Assembly (NCBI GenBank): GCA_951406725.2 | Contig: OX597821.1 | Span: forward strand, 78,368,001-78,432,000 | Direction: 5' to 3' | Source: Octopus vulgaris | Lineage: Eukaryota | DNA: 64,000 nt | Shown here: piece by piece, positions 1 to 13,765 of the stretch | Layout: every line of letters begins with the position of its first letter | Numbering within the stretch: the stretch's first letter is position 1 | Notes under the pieces: generated by a model | What the model was told of the DNA's origin: nothing | Databases searched by the model: none | What the model saw: the letters and a program-made list of their open reading frames with translations, nothing else | Position numbers and translations under genes: made by a program

Positions 1-99
1 TGTACTGCAGCTATAGTCTTTCGCGTTGTTCACCGACCAACTTTTCCTCTGAAAAAAAAAGTGAAATTATTCGATCTGTATACAGAAATTATTTTCCTC

Positions 100-203
100 C
101 TGAAACTTATAAAAAATACACACATTAGGCACACATTTCTCTAAGCCGCACACTAAATTTTCCACGTAAAAAATAGCGGCTTATACACCGGGAATATACG
201 ATA
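100..203. mobile_element. Tc1/pogo (Tigger-like) DNA transposon terminal fragment
   Basis: Ends in gcggcttatacaccgggaatatacg, resembling pogo/Tigger-type TIR ends. Confidence 0.35.
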
Positions 204-659
204 CACATGAGGAGTTAACTGTTTAAAGGTAATTGTCCTAGGGTCTTGTTGTCCTCAGGAGAAATTGTCCTTTGTGAGGTTTACTGTCCATGGTGGAAGG
301 GAGATAAATGTCCTAGACTCACGTCAGTATTTGTAGTACTCGTTTTCTCGAACTGGGAAAGAGAGAGACCGGTGTAGTAAAAAGTTAGCGAACGATTTTA
401 TTGTTAACTATGAATACTTCTTTTGATCAATTTCCATTCATATATCAATGGAAAATGCAATGATTAAATCCTGCTGCATTTCTGTACTGCGTTTAGTATG
501 AGCATAGATATTTACATTGTCCAAGAAAAGTGTAGGTTTGCATGTATGTATATGTTTATGTATGTATGTATGTATGTATGTATGTATGTATGTATGTATG
601 TATGTATGTATGTATGTATGTATGTATGCATGTGCAGATTTGTATATTTTATGCATGTA

Positions 660-2315
660 TTCTCAAGCATATAGTTGCATATCTAGACATGCTCATATAA
701 TTTAAATAATAAACGTTTGGAAAGTTTTACAGATTTTTACAGTTCCATTGCTGGATTGGATCTGTAGTCTTCGAATTAGCTTTCTACTTTCTGGTTTTGA
801 GAAGCCTAATTTCTCAAGATTAGTATTTAGTCAGTATGTTACATACACCAGGGTCCCAGTAATTACAGTTATAAATTTGAACTTGTAATCTGGATAGAGT
901 AACTGGAGATTTCTCAATAGTTCAGCTTCGGCATTCTCTTTTCCACTGATCCTCAGTTTTATGTTAACATTCGCTGGGCAGCTAATTTCCGAAGCTGTGC
1001 ACAGCTTCTCTTCTCTATTCCTAATCACTATATAAGGTCTGTTGTACTTATATTTTATTGAGGTCTTCACTGGTACATTCCACCAGTATTCTCTTTTATT
1101 ATGAGTGGCTTCTTCCATATTCTGGGTTCTTATTTCTTTGTCCTTGGGATTATCATATGGACGGATTTCTTTATAGAGCGTCCTACATACAGCATCATGT
1201 CTCATTGGTAGATAATACCGTGATGACATTTTCGGACAACTATTTATGATGTGGCTGATATCTTCAGTGTGAACTTCACAAAGTCTGCATCGGTTGTCAC
1301 ATTTTACGGCTTTTCCTGCATCTCTATCTCTTTTCTGCATTAGGCATTTTGGTTTATATTTCTTATTCCTGGATTTCAAACACATACCCTTCAAAGTGTG
1401 AGCTAGTAATCCGGATATTGGTCCATGACAGACTGCTTTGATGATCGATGTTACTGGCATCACGGAGCTTTCTCGTAACGTATTCATTCATAATCATCTG
1501 CTCATATAGATGGTAGATTCGTGCGAATTTTGGGGGGCATGTACTTTAGATTATCAAACAAAGTGTGTTGCTCAAGTAGTTGCCTTCCAAGTCTTATGAT
1601 GTTATCAGCCTCATGTATGCAAACTTGGTCAAGAAGTGCACTTCGAACTTGGTGATTAAGCGATATTTCCGAAGGGATATGATGCCACATTCAAAGGCAC
1701 TTTGGATCTACTGCCTTGTTTTCGCTTTTAGTTAGTGGCGATCTACGTCACAATTTATGTGGAAATTATGTGTGCTTGTTAGTATTTTTCGAGTTTTCAC
1801 ATCAATGGCTTGGATCTTATGAAGCGTCCAATCAAGCAGCTGAAATGATGGTATGAGTATTGGCACTGCAAACACATTGTGGGCCACTTTTTTCTTGAAT
1901 GCAGAGGTTCTGAGGTCCAAATTGCCTTTATTCGGCTGTAATATTCTTTAGTGACACGCGTTTTGTTACAGGTGCTATTGTAAAATATATTTTCATCCAC
2001 CCCCTAGATACCTGTAATATTTCTCGTCAGCTACAGAGGAGACAGGCAAATCAATGATGGAGATGTTACTAGTCTGGTTTATAGTTGCCCCTCTTTTCAC
2101 AACCACATAACAGCACTTATCCTGACCAAACTCCAACCCTACATCATTTGAAAATGTTGTAACTAGGTCAAGGCTCTTTTTTTATCTCATGCATATGCTT
2201 TGCATAAGGTTTTTACTCATGCGCAAATAAACATTGTGTAATTTTGGTATTTCTGTTTCCCTGTGAACCAGTGAGATCTTCTTCAGACTTCTTTAACATG
2301 AATGACAAGGGGTTT
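660..2315 (-). mobile_element. R4/Dong-like (RLE clade) non-LTR retrotransposon, 5'-truncated and degenerate
   Basis: RT relics (DVGLEFGQDKCC, YLG, PILIPSF), CCHC knuckle CRLC...EDISHIINSC, RHD motif, YNRP.I restriction-like endonuclease region; ends in (CATA)n. Confidence 0.8.
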
Positions 2316-2518
2316 AGAGAAAGTAGAAACATCGCACAGAGGTAGTCTCCTTGTAATATGCCTTTGCGATACTGTATTCTATCGATGATAATACATTCAC
2401 TCTGTGTTTAATTTTAAGATGGTGACCCCTCGTGAAGTCAGTATGTATGTATGTATGTATGTATGTATGTATGTATGTATGTATGTATGTATGTATGTAT
2501 GTATGTATGTATGTATGA

Positions 2519-2549
<31 letters not shown>

Positions 2550-2819
2550 TGTATGTATGTATGTATGTATTTATGCATGTATGCATGTATGTATGTATGC
2601 ATGTATATATGTATGTATGATATTGTTCAATTTTATTTCAAAATTTCTTGCCAATAGAGACAGTGTCGGTTCCTAATCTAAATCCAAAGCTACTTCATTG
2701 GAATTTCAACATCAACAAATGGAATTTCTTCTTTGCATGTATGTATGTATGTATGTATGTATGTATGTATGCATTTATGTATATGTGCAGTGTGTATGTT
2801 TTCCTTTATGCATGTATTC

Positions 2820-3330
2820 TCATGCATAAAGTTATATATCTTGACATGCTCATAAATATATTTAAATGATACACTTCTGGAAATGTTTACAGGTTTTTAC
2901 ACTTCCAGTGATGGACTGGATCTGTAGTCTTCGAATTAGCTTTCTCCTTTCTGGTTTTCGATAAGCCTAATTTCTCAAGATTAGTATTTAAGTAGTGTGT
3001 TACATATCCCAGGGCCCCAATAATTTCCGGTATAAACCTGAACCTGTAATCTGGATAGAGTAATTGCAGATTTCAACGTAGGTATTCTCTTTTTCACTAA
3101 TCTTCAGCTTTATATTTACTTCCGCTGAGCAGTAAATTTCAACAAGTGCACAGTTTCTCTTCTCAATCCCAAATAATTATATCAGGTCTGTTGCGTTTAT
3201 ATTTTATTGAGGTCTTCACTGGGACATTCTACCAGTACTCCTTTATATTATGAGTGGCAATGGCCACTACCATTGTGGGTTCTATTTCTCTTTCTTCGAG
3301 GTTATCCTTCCGATGCATTTCATTTATGTA
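2820..3330 (-). mobile_element. Second R4/Dong-like 3' fragment
   Basis: Collinear homology to 680-1170 (RLE end and 3'UTR), followed by (CATA)n. Confidence 0.8.
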
Positions 3331-3383
3331 TGTATTTATGTATACTTTACCTCACAATCAGAGTAGTGTAACTGAGGAATTCT

Positions 3384-4020
3384 TCAAAGTTCAGTGTAGG
3401 TATTTTCTTTTCCGCTGATCTTTACTTTTATATTCACATCCGCTTGGCAGCTGATTGTACACAGTTTCAGTTCTCTATTCCAGATCATTATGTCAAGTCT
3501 ATTATACTTACATATCGATGTGGTTTTCGCTCGGACATTCCACCAATATTCCTTTTTATTATGAATGGCAATGCCTTCCACCATAATGTGGCTTCTTATT
3601 TCTTTGCCGTCATTATACAGTGTCTTAGCCCTAACATTATGTCTCATTGATCGATAATATTGTGATGACATTTTCGGACAACTGCTTATGATGTTGGCGA
3701 TGTCTTTGGTGTTAAAGCTACGGAGTCTGCATCGGTTGTCAGATTTTGCTGCATTTTCTGCACCACCCTCTCTTTTGTGCAGCAGGTATTTGATTGATAT
3801 TTCCTGTTCCTGGATTGAAAACGCATAGCTTTCAAAGTGGCTGAAATACCGCTTTGATGATGAATGTCAATCTCACCTCGGAGCTTTCCACTAATATATC
3901 CATGCATGGTCTTCTGCTGATATAAGCTCACTCTTTAATCTGATGATACCTTGCGGTAGAGTCCCAGGCATGGAATACTGCCCAAGGAGGTGCTCTCTAA
4001 GTCTTATATTATCAGCTTTA
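3384..4020 (-). mobile_element. Third R4/Dong-like fragment
   Basis: MSSQYYRSMRHNV...EYWWNV...YNRLDI, homologous to 900-1610. Confidence 0.78.
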
Positions 4021-4300
4021 TATATGTATGTATGTATGTTTGTATGCATGTATATATGTATGAATGCATGTATGTATACATGCAAGCCTGCATATATGTC
4101 ACTCGTAGTTGTGCCGGTAGCTAGTAACCCAATACGATGTATTGCATGAATTTGTCGAGGCAGTCCGACAGGCGGATGATGAAGAACAGTTTCATTAAGT
4201 CCCCTCTGACTCCTGTTTGATAATCATATATACTTTGCTTTTACTTAAACGAAAATGTAACTTGTTCCACTGATTTAAAACAAGCTTTTCTTTCTTTCAG

Positions 4301-4353
4301 ATAACCATAAAATTGATGTAGATGCCATGGAAATCTACATATTATTAAAATAG
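4301..4353 (+). CDS. Terminal coding exon of a third PAN-family paralog (upstream exons presumably left of the window)
   Basis: Strong acceptor cttttctttctttcAG; phase-1 translation xNHKIDVDAMEIYILLK*; 53 nt, same length as B exon 5; IYILL shared with A exon 5. Confidence 0.72.
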
Positions 4354-4385
4354 AGTTTATATTATTTCTGAAATTACGTTACCTA

Positions 4386-4465
<80 letters not shown>

Positions 4466-4719
4466 AAGGAAAAAATAATAATAGGCAGAATCCTAAACTG
4501 AAAACAAATTTTAATATAAATGGGTGTAAGAAAGATTAAAAAAGGAAATCAAAGCGGCTTTAATTGCAAGGAAAATTTTCAAGAAAATAATAAATATATG
4601 CAAAAATGATTAAATAAGTATACCAATACAGTATAGTGTCTTTAAAGTTTTAAATAATAAATATATACAAAAATGAATAAATAAGTATACCAATACATTA
4701 TAGTGTCTTTAAGTTTTTT

Positions 4720-5060
4720 ACGATGTAGTCAGTCATTCTAAAACAGGTCTGCAAACTCTTGTATCTGAATTTGACACAGCTTGTGATAATTTTGGTTTGA
4801 CCATCTGCTTGAGAAAAACAGGTGTAGTGCATCAACCTGCAAGTGGTGCTGTTTGCAAAGCTACTGAAGTTTTTTGTTATGGGTAAGTTACTTGTCTTTC
4901 ATCTACCTTGGAAGCTCTGTACAGAATGATGGAAATCTGGTTGTAGAAATACATCTGCGAATTCAATGGGCAGCAGAAGCATTTGGTGGTGTGGAGTCAC
5001 GATTTTGGCGCCAACATGTGAATAACAACGCAAAATCGGGTCTTTACACATCACTTTACA
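4720..5060 (+). mobile_element. RTE-clade LINE reverse transcriptase fragment
   Basis: LQTLVSEFDTACDNFGLTI..KT.V.HQP and FIYLGSSVQNDGNL..EI..RI..A..AFG. Confidence 0.75.
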
Positions 5061-5299
5061 AATCACTGTTATGTGATGCTAATTCATAAAATACCCTCCA
5101 CCCCCAAAAAAAATTTGACCCAATTGCATTGACACAGTATGATGTTTGATGTATGTGGGTGTGTATGTGTTTGTGTGCGCGTGTGTGTAAATTATTAATC
5201 CAAGCAATTGAATTATATATATATATATATATATAAATCTTTTGTCTCTGAGTTGCGTCAAAAATCCGAACCCACGACACATTTTAAAATCTGGTGTTT

Positions 5300-5600
5300 A
5301 TTGTATCAGTTTCATTTGCTGAATCGTTAATTTATGGCAACAATTTATAACTAACAACTTTTGTTAATGAATGGCAAACACAATGACCCAGACACGAAGA
5401 CACACATATACATATCGATACAGACAAAGGTCTATCCGCGTATATAACGAGCTTCCACACAATTTCTATCTGCGTAATTCATTCATAAAACTTACTTGTC
5501 CCAGAGCTATAGTAGAAAACACTTAGCCATTGTGCTGTGCAGTGGAACTCAATCCGAAATGATATGGTTGTAAAGTGATCGTCTTAAACACTGCGCCATG
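5300..5600 (-). mobile_element. Degenerate tRNA-derived SINE (family of 38558-38975)
   Basis: Similar to 48630-49005 (gctatagtagaa-acttagcc...cagtggaact). Confidence 0.6.
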
Positions 5601-5639
5601 TTTGTGTCTATATATAGCGTATCTAGAAGTCTAAATGTA

Positions 5640-6200
5640 TGAACAAGCGAAAACAATGAAAGATGTCAATTTCCAAAATTATATGGAGAAAAATTCGAAA
5701 CGATACTTTTATGTAAGTATGCAACTGAGATGAACTCAGTAATCTTAGACCCTTACTCAATAGCATCAGCAACAGTATTCAGTTCACAATGGACTTTATC
5801 CATAACCAATTGCCCTTAGGCTTTTTGATAAAACAGAATGGCATGAACCCAGAAAGTGACATCTGCAAACTAACGGACTCAGCACATGCTTTTTGCTACA
5901 TACCTTCCAAGTCATTTCAAATACAAGATTTCATTTAAACAAGCTATGAGAATCAGAACAATTGCCTCCAGTCAGGAAGTTCAAAATAAAAGAATAAACA
6001 GGCGCTACTTGAAAGGTAGTTCTCGTCTACTATAAAAGAGAAAGGAATAGAGAACGTCGAAGCAATAGATATTGAAGAATTGCGAAAAGTCAAAAACAGT
6101 TCTGATACAACCAATGTCTGCCTTAAAAAAAAAGCAAAAAAAAAAGGAACAAAGAAGCATTAGCAGTATCCATCAGAACAGACCTTTATTGAGTCGGATA
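5640..6200 (+). mobile_element. Degenerate Penelope-like RT/thumb fragment
   Basis: Frameshifted relics resembling Penelope thumb motifs (KQAMRIRTIAS). Confidence 0.4.
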
Positions 6201-6409
6201 TACAGTGAGAGAAAACGACCGTAAAATAAATCACCTATTCATATCACTCTTCTCTGTTTTATGACATACGCTGTCACGTGATCGCATGACTCTCATGAAC
6301 AGACCATTGGAACGTTGCTCCATGAATTCATACGTTGATAGCGTTCTAAACCATATTCTCTCTTGTCCATACACCTGCCTTCGTCTTTTGTTTTTCTATA
6401 ATAAAATTA

Positions 6410-6500
<91 letters not shown>

Positions 6501-6519
6501 ATATATATATATATATATC

Positions 6520-6700
6520 TTGATAAAATGGTAAGATAACAAAAGAAAGAAAGATACCTCAATATTATGTAAATAGAGGAATGTATCTGTAAATATAATG
6601 TGACAATTATTCGGTAGCCAAGATAAAATTCTGAGTTTCGGATGTCGGGGTGGAAATCCACGCCATCATCTCTTCAGTTATCCAGCCATCGGAACGTATA
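6520..6700 (-). mobile_element. Penelope-like pseudo-LTR fragment containing a hammerhead motif
   Basis: Shared with 8570-8670 and 61130-61280. Confidence 0.65.
6622..6682 (-). ncRNA. Second copy of the hammerhead motif (stem III mismatched)
   Basis: GAUAA-CUGAAGA...GAAACUCAGAAUUUUAUC. Confidence 0.5.
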
Positions 6701-6714
6701 TAGATATATGTGTG

Positions 6715-6794
<80 letters not shown>

Positions 6795-6958
6795 TATATA
6801 TACCGTTATGTCTTGGGAGAGTCATGCTGTTCTAATGTCCTCACCCGTTGAATTTCCACTCATTTTACTTATATATTTATTTCTAAAATTTTCGCTGCTT
6901 CATGCAAAAGTTGTTGACTCTGTTCTTTTTGTTGGCTGTATGTGCGTGAGTCAGTGTG

Positions 6959-6989
<31 letters not shown>

Positions 6990-7133
6990 ATTTGTGTGGA
7001 CTGTGTGTATGTGTATATGGTCATGTGTTCCCGTCTCATTTGTTGTATGTTTGAGTGTGCTTGTCAGACCGTATTACCTATGTACCAATCTATCTACTTA
7101 CCCATCTGTTTACCTACACATCCATCTACCTAC

Positions 7134-7184
<51 letters not shown>

Positions 7185-7425
7185 TATATATATAAAATTA
7201 TAATTTAGGGTAACTAAGAGATACCACCACGCTGGAAATAGCAGCCAAACTGTACTCTAAAACCATATTAATGTGGTTTTAGAGTCAAGATTTGGCTGCT
7301 ATTACCAGCATGGTGCTATCCTTTAGATACCCTAATTTTTAATTTTAATAATAGATTATTACCTTTGAAGGATTTTATTCGCATGCTGGCTACATGATAA
7401 GATCGGTATTAAAATAAAGATCTTA

Positions 7426-7486
<61 letters not shown>

Positions 7487-7491
7487 ACAAT

Positions 7492-8435
7492 TGGAAGGGG
7501 AGAGCAGGAATCTTCGCTTGCGCATTTTGAATTTGTTAGTACTGGCAGTCTGAACGGGTTTGTCTGAGGTGATACGTCGCCGAAGGGTATGTTCTTTCTT
7601 TTTAGTGCTTCCAAATCCAAATTAAGAAATGTTGAGCTGACGAAAGAAATGCTGAGTTTATTTGGCTAATCTAGAAACGTTAACGTTCTCAAATGATCTT
7701 TGTACTTGTGATATTTTTCTGTTTTTACCTCCATACCTTCGTGAGTTATTTTGAGTAAACATTATCTGAGAGAAATTTTCTTAAAGTAGTGGAAATGGCT
7801 AAAAAACTTTTTTGGCTGCTATTTCTAGAAAGTTCAGTATGTGGCAAAGTAATATATTTTACTAAGCCCTAATTATATAATGTAATATTTTGAATTCGCC
7901 TTAAATGGTCCTTTTACATACTGAACACTACTTGGTGAAATTGATTAATAACTAATTAATTTTACCCTCAATTGTTGATATTATAATTCATTTCTCTCTG
8001 TTCTATTGCTTCGGTTCTCACCGTTAAAGTATATGTTTGCTAGATGACCCACGTGGGTGGAAGGGGAGAGCAGGAATCTTCGCTTGCGCATTTTGAATTT
8101 GTTAGTACTGGCAGTCTGAACGGGTTCGTCTGAGGTGATACGTCGCCGAAGGGTATGTTCTTTCTTTTTAGTGCTTCCAAATCCAAATTAAGAAATGCTG
8201 AGCTGACGAAAGAAATGCTGAGTTTATTTGGCTAATCTAGAAACGTTAACGTTCTCAAATGATCTTTGTACTTGTGATATTTTTCTGCTTTTACCTCCAT
8301 ACCTTCGTGAGTTATTTTGAGTAAACATTATCTGAGAGAAATTTTCTTAAAGTAGTGGAAATGGCTAAAAAACTTTTTTGGCTGCTATTTCTAGAAAGTT
8401 CAGTATGTGGCAAAGTAATTTATTTTACTAAGCCC

Positions 8436-8445
<10 letters not shown>
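7492..8445 (+). repeat. Near-identical ~390-bp direct repeat (7492-7878 and 8058-8445); third copy at ~61300-61700
   Basis: Sequences align with only a few substitutions; associated with the Penelope pLTR. Confidence 0.9.
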
Positions 8446-8503
<58 letters not shown>

Positions 8504-8569
8504 TACATACATACATACATACCTACATATATATATATGTATATATATATATATATCTATATATCTGTA

Positions 8570-10050
8570 AATGTAATATGTGACAATTATTCGGTAGCCA
8601 TGATAAAACTCCGAGTTTCGGATGCCGAGGTGCAAATCCACGCCGCCATCTCTTCAGTTATCTAGCCATCGGAATAAATGGTATGAAAAATGACTGTTAT
8701 ACAAAGGGAAATTACTGTGTGATTGGACGTTATTAAGACAAAATAGCTATTTGAACGACCGCTAAGTGAGGGGAGGGAGTAAATGTAAGGGGGTAAAAAG
8801 TTCATAGTATTCGCGTAAGCGCATATGTTCATACCTACACATGCGCGCCCACACACCCACGTACATGCGCCTAAAAGTATACACTCATCCACCTTCACTT
8901 GAAACGTACACAACCTCACCCACACCATTCGCCAAATATATATATGTATATGTACAAACTCACACACACATGCGCACCATAAAGTTTTCATACACATGTC
9001 TATATATTCACAAACACAAAACACAGGGCTAAGGGTAACAATATAGAAAAACATTAAACCATGTCTATATCCGAACATACCCGTATGCACGCCCACACAC
9101 ACGCCTATATACACGCATACTTGCAAACGTCTATATAGGCACGCACACATGCGCGCGCACAAAAATGTTCATACACACGTCTATATGCGTGTATACTCAT
9201 GAAAAAACAGGACTAAACGCAAAAATACAGGAAAATGTGTAAAAAAACAATGAGTAAAACACGTCTATATACGCACATACTCGCATGCATGCACACACGC
9301 ACACAGCTATATACGCACAAACCCGCACACACGCACACATCCACACGCGCACACAAAGGATTCCATATGCACACAGGAAAAATACTGGGTGGAAGGTAGA
9401 ATACAGAAAAAATATGTGTAAATATATATAAACAATAAACCTATAAACCAATATCTCTATAAATATGTAAAAAAATATATGTATAAAAGTATAAATAAAA
9501 ATACATAAGAAATATAAGTAAAAGTTATAAAGAGATAAAAAGCTTGTTCGTGGTCACAATACAGAAAGCAAGTTCTATATGTAATCTCGGGGAACCAAAA
9601 ACGTAACAAATATTTGGCAACACATGGGTATGTGCCGAAAATTTCATTTCTTGAATTCAAACTTGTAGCGGGGTCTAAGTTGCTTTTCCAGATGAGCCAT
9701 CTTTCCATATCACATAGACCGCACTTTCCACTGCTGTTGCTGTAGGGTTTACACTTGACTAAGAACTTCCAATGGATGTGGTAACTGAAACCATTATCTT
9801 TTAATGACTGGATATATTGGTCGTTTTCCTTTTATCCCAGTGTCTAAAGCTCAAGTTGTGATTATTGAACCTGGCCTTGAAATTACCCTCTGTAATGCCC
9901 ATGTATTTCTTCGTCAAAACCGTGTCTTTAGTGGATAGAGTCCACTGTGGCTTCATAAATTATTGTCTCGGACAAGCAAGCTCCATTTAGCGGGCACAAA
10001 GTTTTCTACCTGCAAGAACAGCTGGTTTCGTATTGTGGTTTTTGTTAATT
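8570..10050 (-). mobile_element. Penelope-like element 3' part (GIY-YIG endonuclease relic + pLTR)
   Basis: CSC...CPLNGACLSETIIYEATV...KYMGITEGNFKARFNNH (10030-9850) and LNSRNEIF. Confidence 0.8.
8602..8662 (-). ncRNA. Type I hammerhead ribozyme motif in Penelope pLTR
   Basis: GAUAA-CUGAAGA-stem II-GAAA-CUC.GAG-UU-UUAUC: core boxes present and stem I closes GAUAA/UUAUC. Confidence 0.65.
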
Positions 10051-11223
10051 GTGTGCGATTATATATATATCAGAAATTAAAAAAGGAAAATACGCACACT
10101 TTCATAGTTTTAATGTAATTTTTAATATATCGACCAGTTTCGCTATCGCTATTCATGATATAGTGTTTTACTTATTTGAATATATATTTTATCTTAAGGA
10201 AAAATTTTGTCCATGTTGTGTGTGGTAAAATTCACGAGTGAATGACTTCACAAGTAGATAAATAAAGGGAGGTAATTGGTTGTCGATATTATTGTTATTG
10301 TTGTGGGTAAGGGAGATAACTTTTCAGCTTTCGTTAATGGGAGGGGAATATATATGTGTACAAGTTTCAAAAACCTTGTTTAGTGTGGGGATTTATGTAC
10401 ACTGACGTAATCGTGAATTGAAATATGTAAAACTATAAAAGTCGGTTATGCTTGCATATTAAGACGTGTTTTGTATTTTTCAATGAAAAAAGTTTCTTTA
10501 TTTAAACGTTCCAGTTGATAGATTGTGTAGAAATGGTAGAAATGGTAGAAATGGGAAGACTGTGAAATTTGGTTTGATGTTATGTGCACACTTTTCTATA
10601 TGTTCACTGAGAGGAATTTGTGTGTATTGCCAGGAACTCACCTCTTTTCTGTTACTACTATATATATATATACACACACACACATTCATTCGCCTACATA
10701 ACAGCCTACAAGAAATCTACCTGTGTATGTATAAACTGTGTAACTCCTATTTAGTTGATGGTGTTAAAATATTACATCTATCATCAAATAATGTTTCGTT
10801 ATGTTTCAAAACCAACATAGACGAAAATTAAAGATATTGATACTTCTTAACCGATAAAATATATAAATCACTGCAATGTATGGACCGAGTTCTTTATTCA
10901 GATTTGTTTTTAAGTGTTTCTAAATTAGTTTAAACCGTTTATTATGATGAATATACGACCAGCTTGATTTACAATGTTGAATCTTCCTTAATTGTTGTTT
11001 AACAGCAGGGTGGCTCTGAGAAGAATGCGTCTTTAGTGCATTGCAGCCGTCACCATCCTGCCTCTTTATACTTCATGCATTTATAGAGATTTGTAAATGG
11101 TTACGTAATATATAATCATAAATAATGATGAATATCTGTGAATGCTCATACCATTGGGAGTAACCGTGTCAATATTAGCACCTAAAATCTCTCTCTCTCT
11201 CTTTCTCTCCCCCCTCTCTCTCT

Positions 11224-11258
<35 letters not shown>

Positions 11259-12236
11259 GTTAAAGACATGTTTTTCTTGGAAACGGATACATCTGAATGG
11301 AAGAAGAAATATAAAATATTGAAGTTAATCAGATGAGTCTCAACAAACTCAAATATTTTGAAGTAATTTTAAAGACAATCTAATAAAATGTCTTTGTAAA
11401 AGAAATGAGATGGTGAAGATATAATTTAACTTATATTAGAAAATAAATCAGGTGACGTGGCAATGTCCACGGCTATTGCAACGGCTACGTCCACGCTCAC
11501 GCCCATGCACACGCCCATGTTTACACCCAAGTCCATGGATATGCCCACGTGGGTGGTTACGCCCACGTCCACTTCCACAACCGTGCTTATGATTACGCCC
11601 ACGGTCACGTCCACGCCCAGACCCACTACCACGTGTACATTGAAAAATATACATGTATGAAATGACAGATGAGAAAAAAGTCGCTGGTTTACTTTCATTC
11701 AACGTATGATAAAGTCAGACAATATTGAAGTTAGTAATGTTAGAAAGTAGAAAAAAACAAGTGTTTAGACAGAGAACAAACACATAATACGTGTGATATA
11801 GAACTTTATTCAAAATTGCTGTATTCATTATAATATTCATAGGAAAATAATGCAGATAAAGAACAAAACTTCATAGTTTTAAAGTGCTTTTTGCTTAATA
11901 TGTCAAAAGTAACTGATATACATAATAGTGATAGTATGGAAATGTGTAGCGCACTTTACACTGGACGACGAGGAAAATGGTGTAAATAGTATTATAGCAT
12001 AAAAGTGAGAGGAATAAAGTTAAAACAGAATAGCGAAGCAACGAAATATGGTCGCCAAAAGTAAGAAATTGTGTATTGGTTAATTAAGAGAAGTTGTGAG
12101 TTTTGAGAAATGGTCTCTGAACGATTTGACTTCAAGCATCAATGCATCAGCTTATGGCTGTTGGATGAAATGGAATCGGTGCAAACAACAAGTTTGAGTA
12201 TTATATTAGAATTAGTGGAAATGACTGTTGCATATC

Positions 12237-12287
<51 letters not shown>

Positions 12288-12306
12288 TACAAATATAGAT
12301 ATACAC

Positions 12307-12355
<49 letters not shown>

Positions 12356-12380
12356 TATATACATGCAAATATATATATAA

Positions 12381-12469
<89 letters not shown>

Positions 12470-13418
12470 CAAATATTTATATATATACATACATATATAC
12501 AAGTATATATATATATATATTCAAATATATATATATATACATACAAATGTTTATATATATACATACATACATACAAATATATATATATGTGTGTGTGTGT
12601 ATGTATATACTTATTTGAAAATGGATGCAACGCGTTCAGTTGAATAATATATAATATATGAATATATACATGCATATATGGATAGAGGACGTCACCAACG
12701 GTGCAAATAACAGGAAATACGTACAAAAAATGGGGGGTGGGTGAAGAGTGAAATACGTTAACAGGATCCCCCAAAAATGGAAAGCAAGACGTTAACACGC
12801 AGAAAGGACGCATTGTCAATGGTCGGCTCTCTCTCTACACCTAATTTCGAGCCTTATATATATATAAAAACAGTATGGGGGTTTAGTTCACAGATGATCT
12901 AAACGATTAGGTACGCTAGGTAGGTGCTGTAACGGATTACTATGGCTCCAGGTTATAGGTAATATGCTAGTTCTGGAGCCACTGCAGATCTGATGCAGCG
13001 GATATAAAATTGTTAAAGAGAACAACAAACATATACATATATATGAGAAATTGATATGAGAACAGGTTTATTTCCTAATTTTGCCATTATTGTTGCTTGG
13101 AAACATGCATTCGGTTATTCCAAGTGTTTTGGGATATGTTACCAGAATTGAATATCAAGACTAGCTCTATAACAATAAGTTACACTGAACTAATGCCAGG
13201 AGACATTACGTAGAAAAGTTTAAAGCTTTCAGAGTCAAGGCAAAACATATCGACAATTCTAAAGACCAACACATACTTGATGGATGTGTGTATATCCACA
13301 TGTTTCTCTCTCCCCCTTTCTTCCACTCCCTCTATTTCTCTATCTATACATGTAACTGTATGTATACGTGTGTGCACATGTTTATGTATATGTAAATGTG
13401 TATTTATATGTATGTATG

Positions 13419-13495
<77 letters not shown>

Positions 13496-13561
13496 GCATT
13501 TGCATGTATGCTCTATATATATTACGTCATTTTTATGTATATGTATGTATGTATATGTGTA

Positions 13562-13610
<49 letters not shown>

Positions 13611-13694
13611 ATATCTGAGTATGTAATAGCTACTCACATACGCGCACGCACACACACACACACATACATGTATACATTGACATACATAATTACA

Positions 13695-13765
13695 TTAATT
13701 ATTTGAACTCTGCTGTAATAAGATGTAGATATCCACAGTTTCCAGTACAGTTTTAGAACTTGCGA
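13695..13765 (-). CDS. Gene A terminal coding exon 5
   Basis: ttttatttcAG acceptor, phase 1; VASSKTVLETVDIYILLQQSSNN*, similar to the terminal exons of the paralogs. Confidence 0.82.

Noticed and set aside
420-540. Possible exon 4 of the third paralog
   Set aside because: No acceptor at the expected distance, and an in-frame stop in the required phase.
11426-11702. Thr/Pro-rich or Val/Gly-rich ORFs
   Set aside because: Degenerate 6-bp (ccacgc/ccacgt) repeat open in several frames; no splice or homology support.
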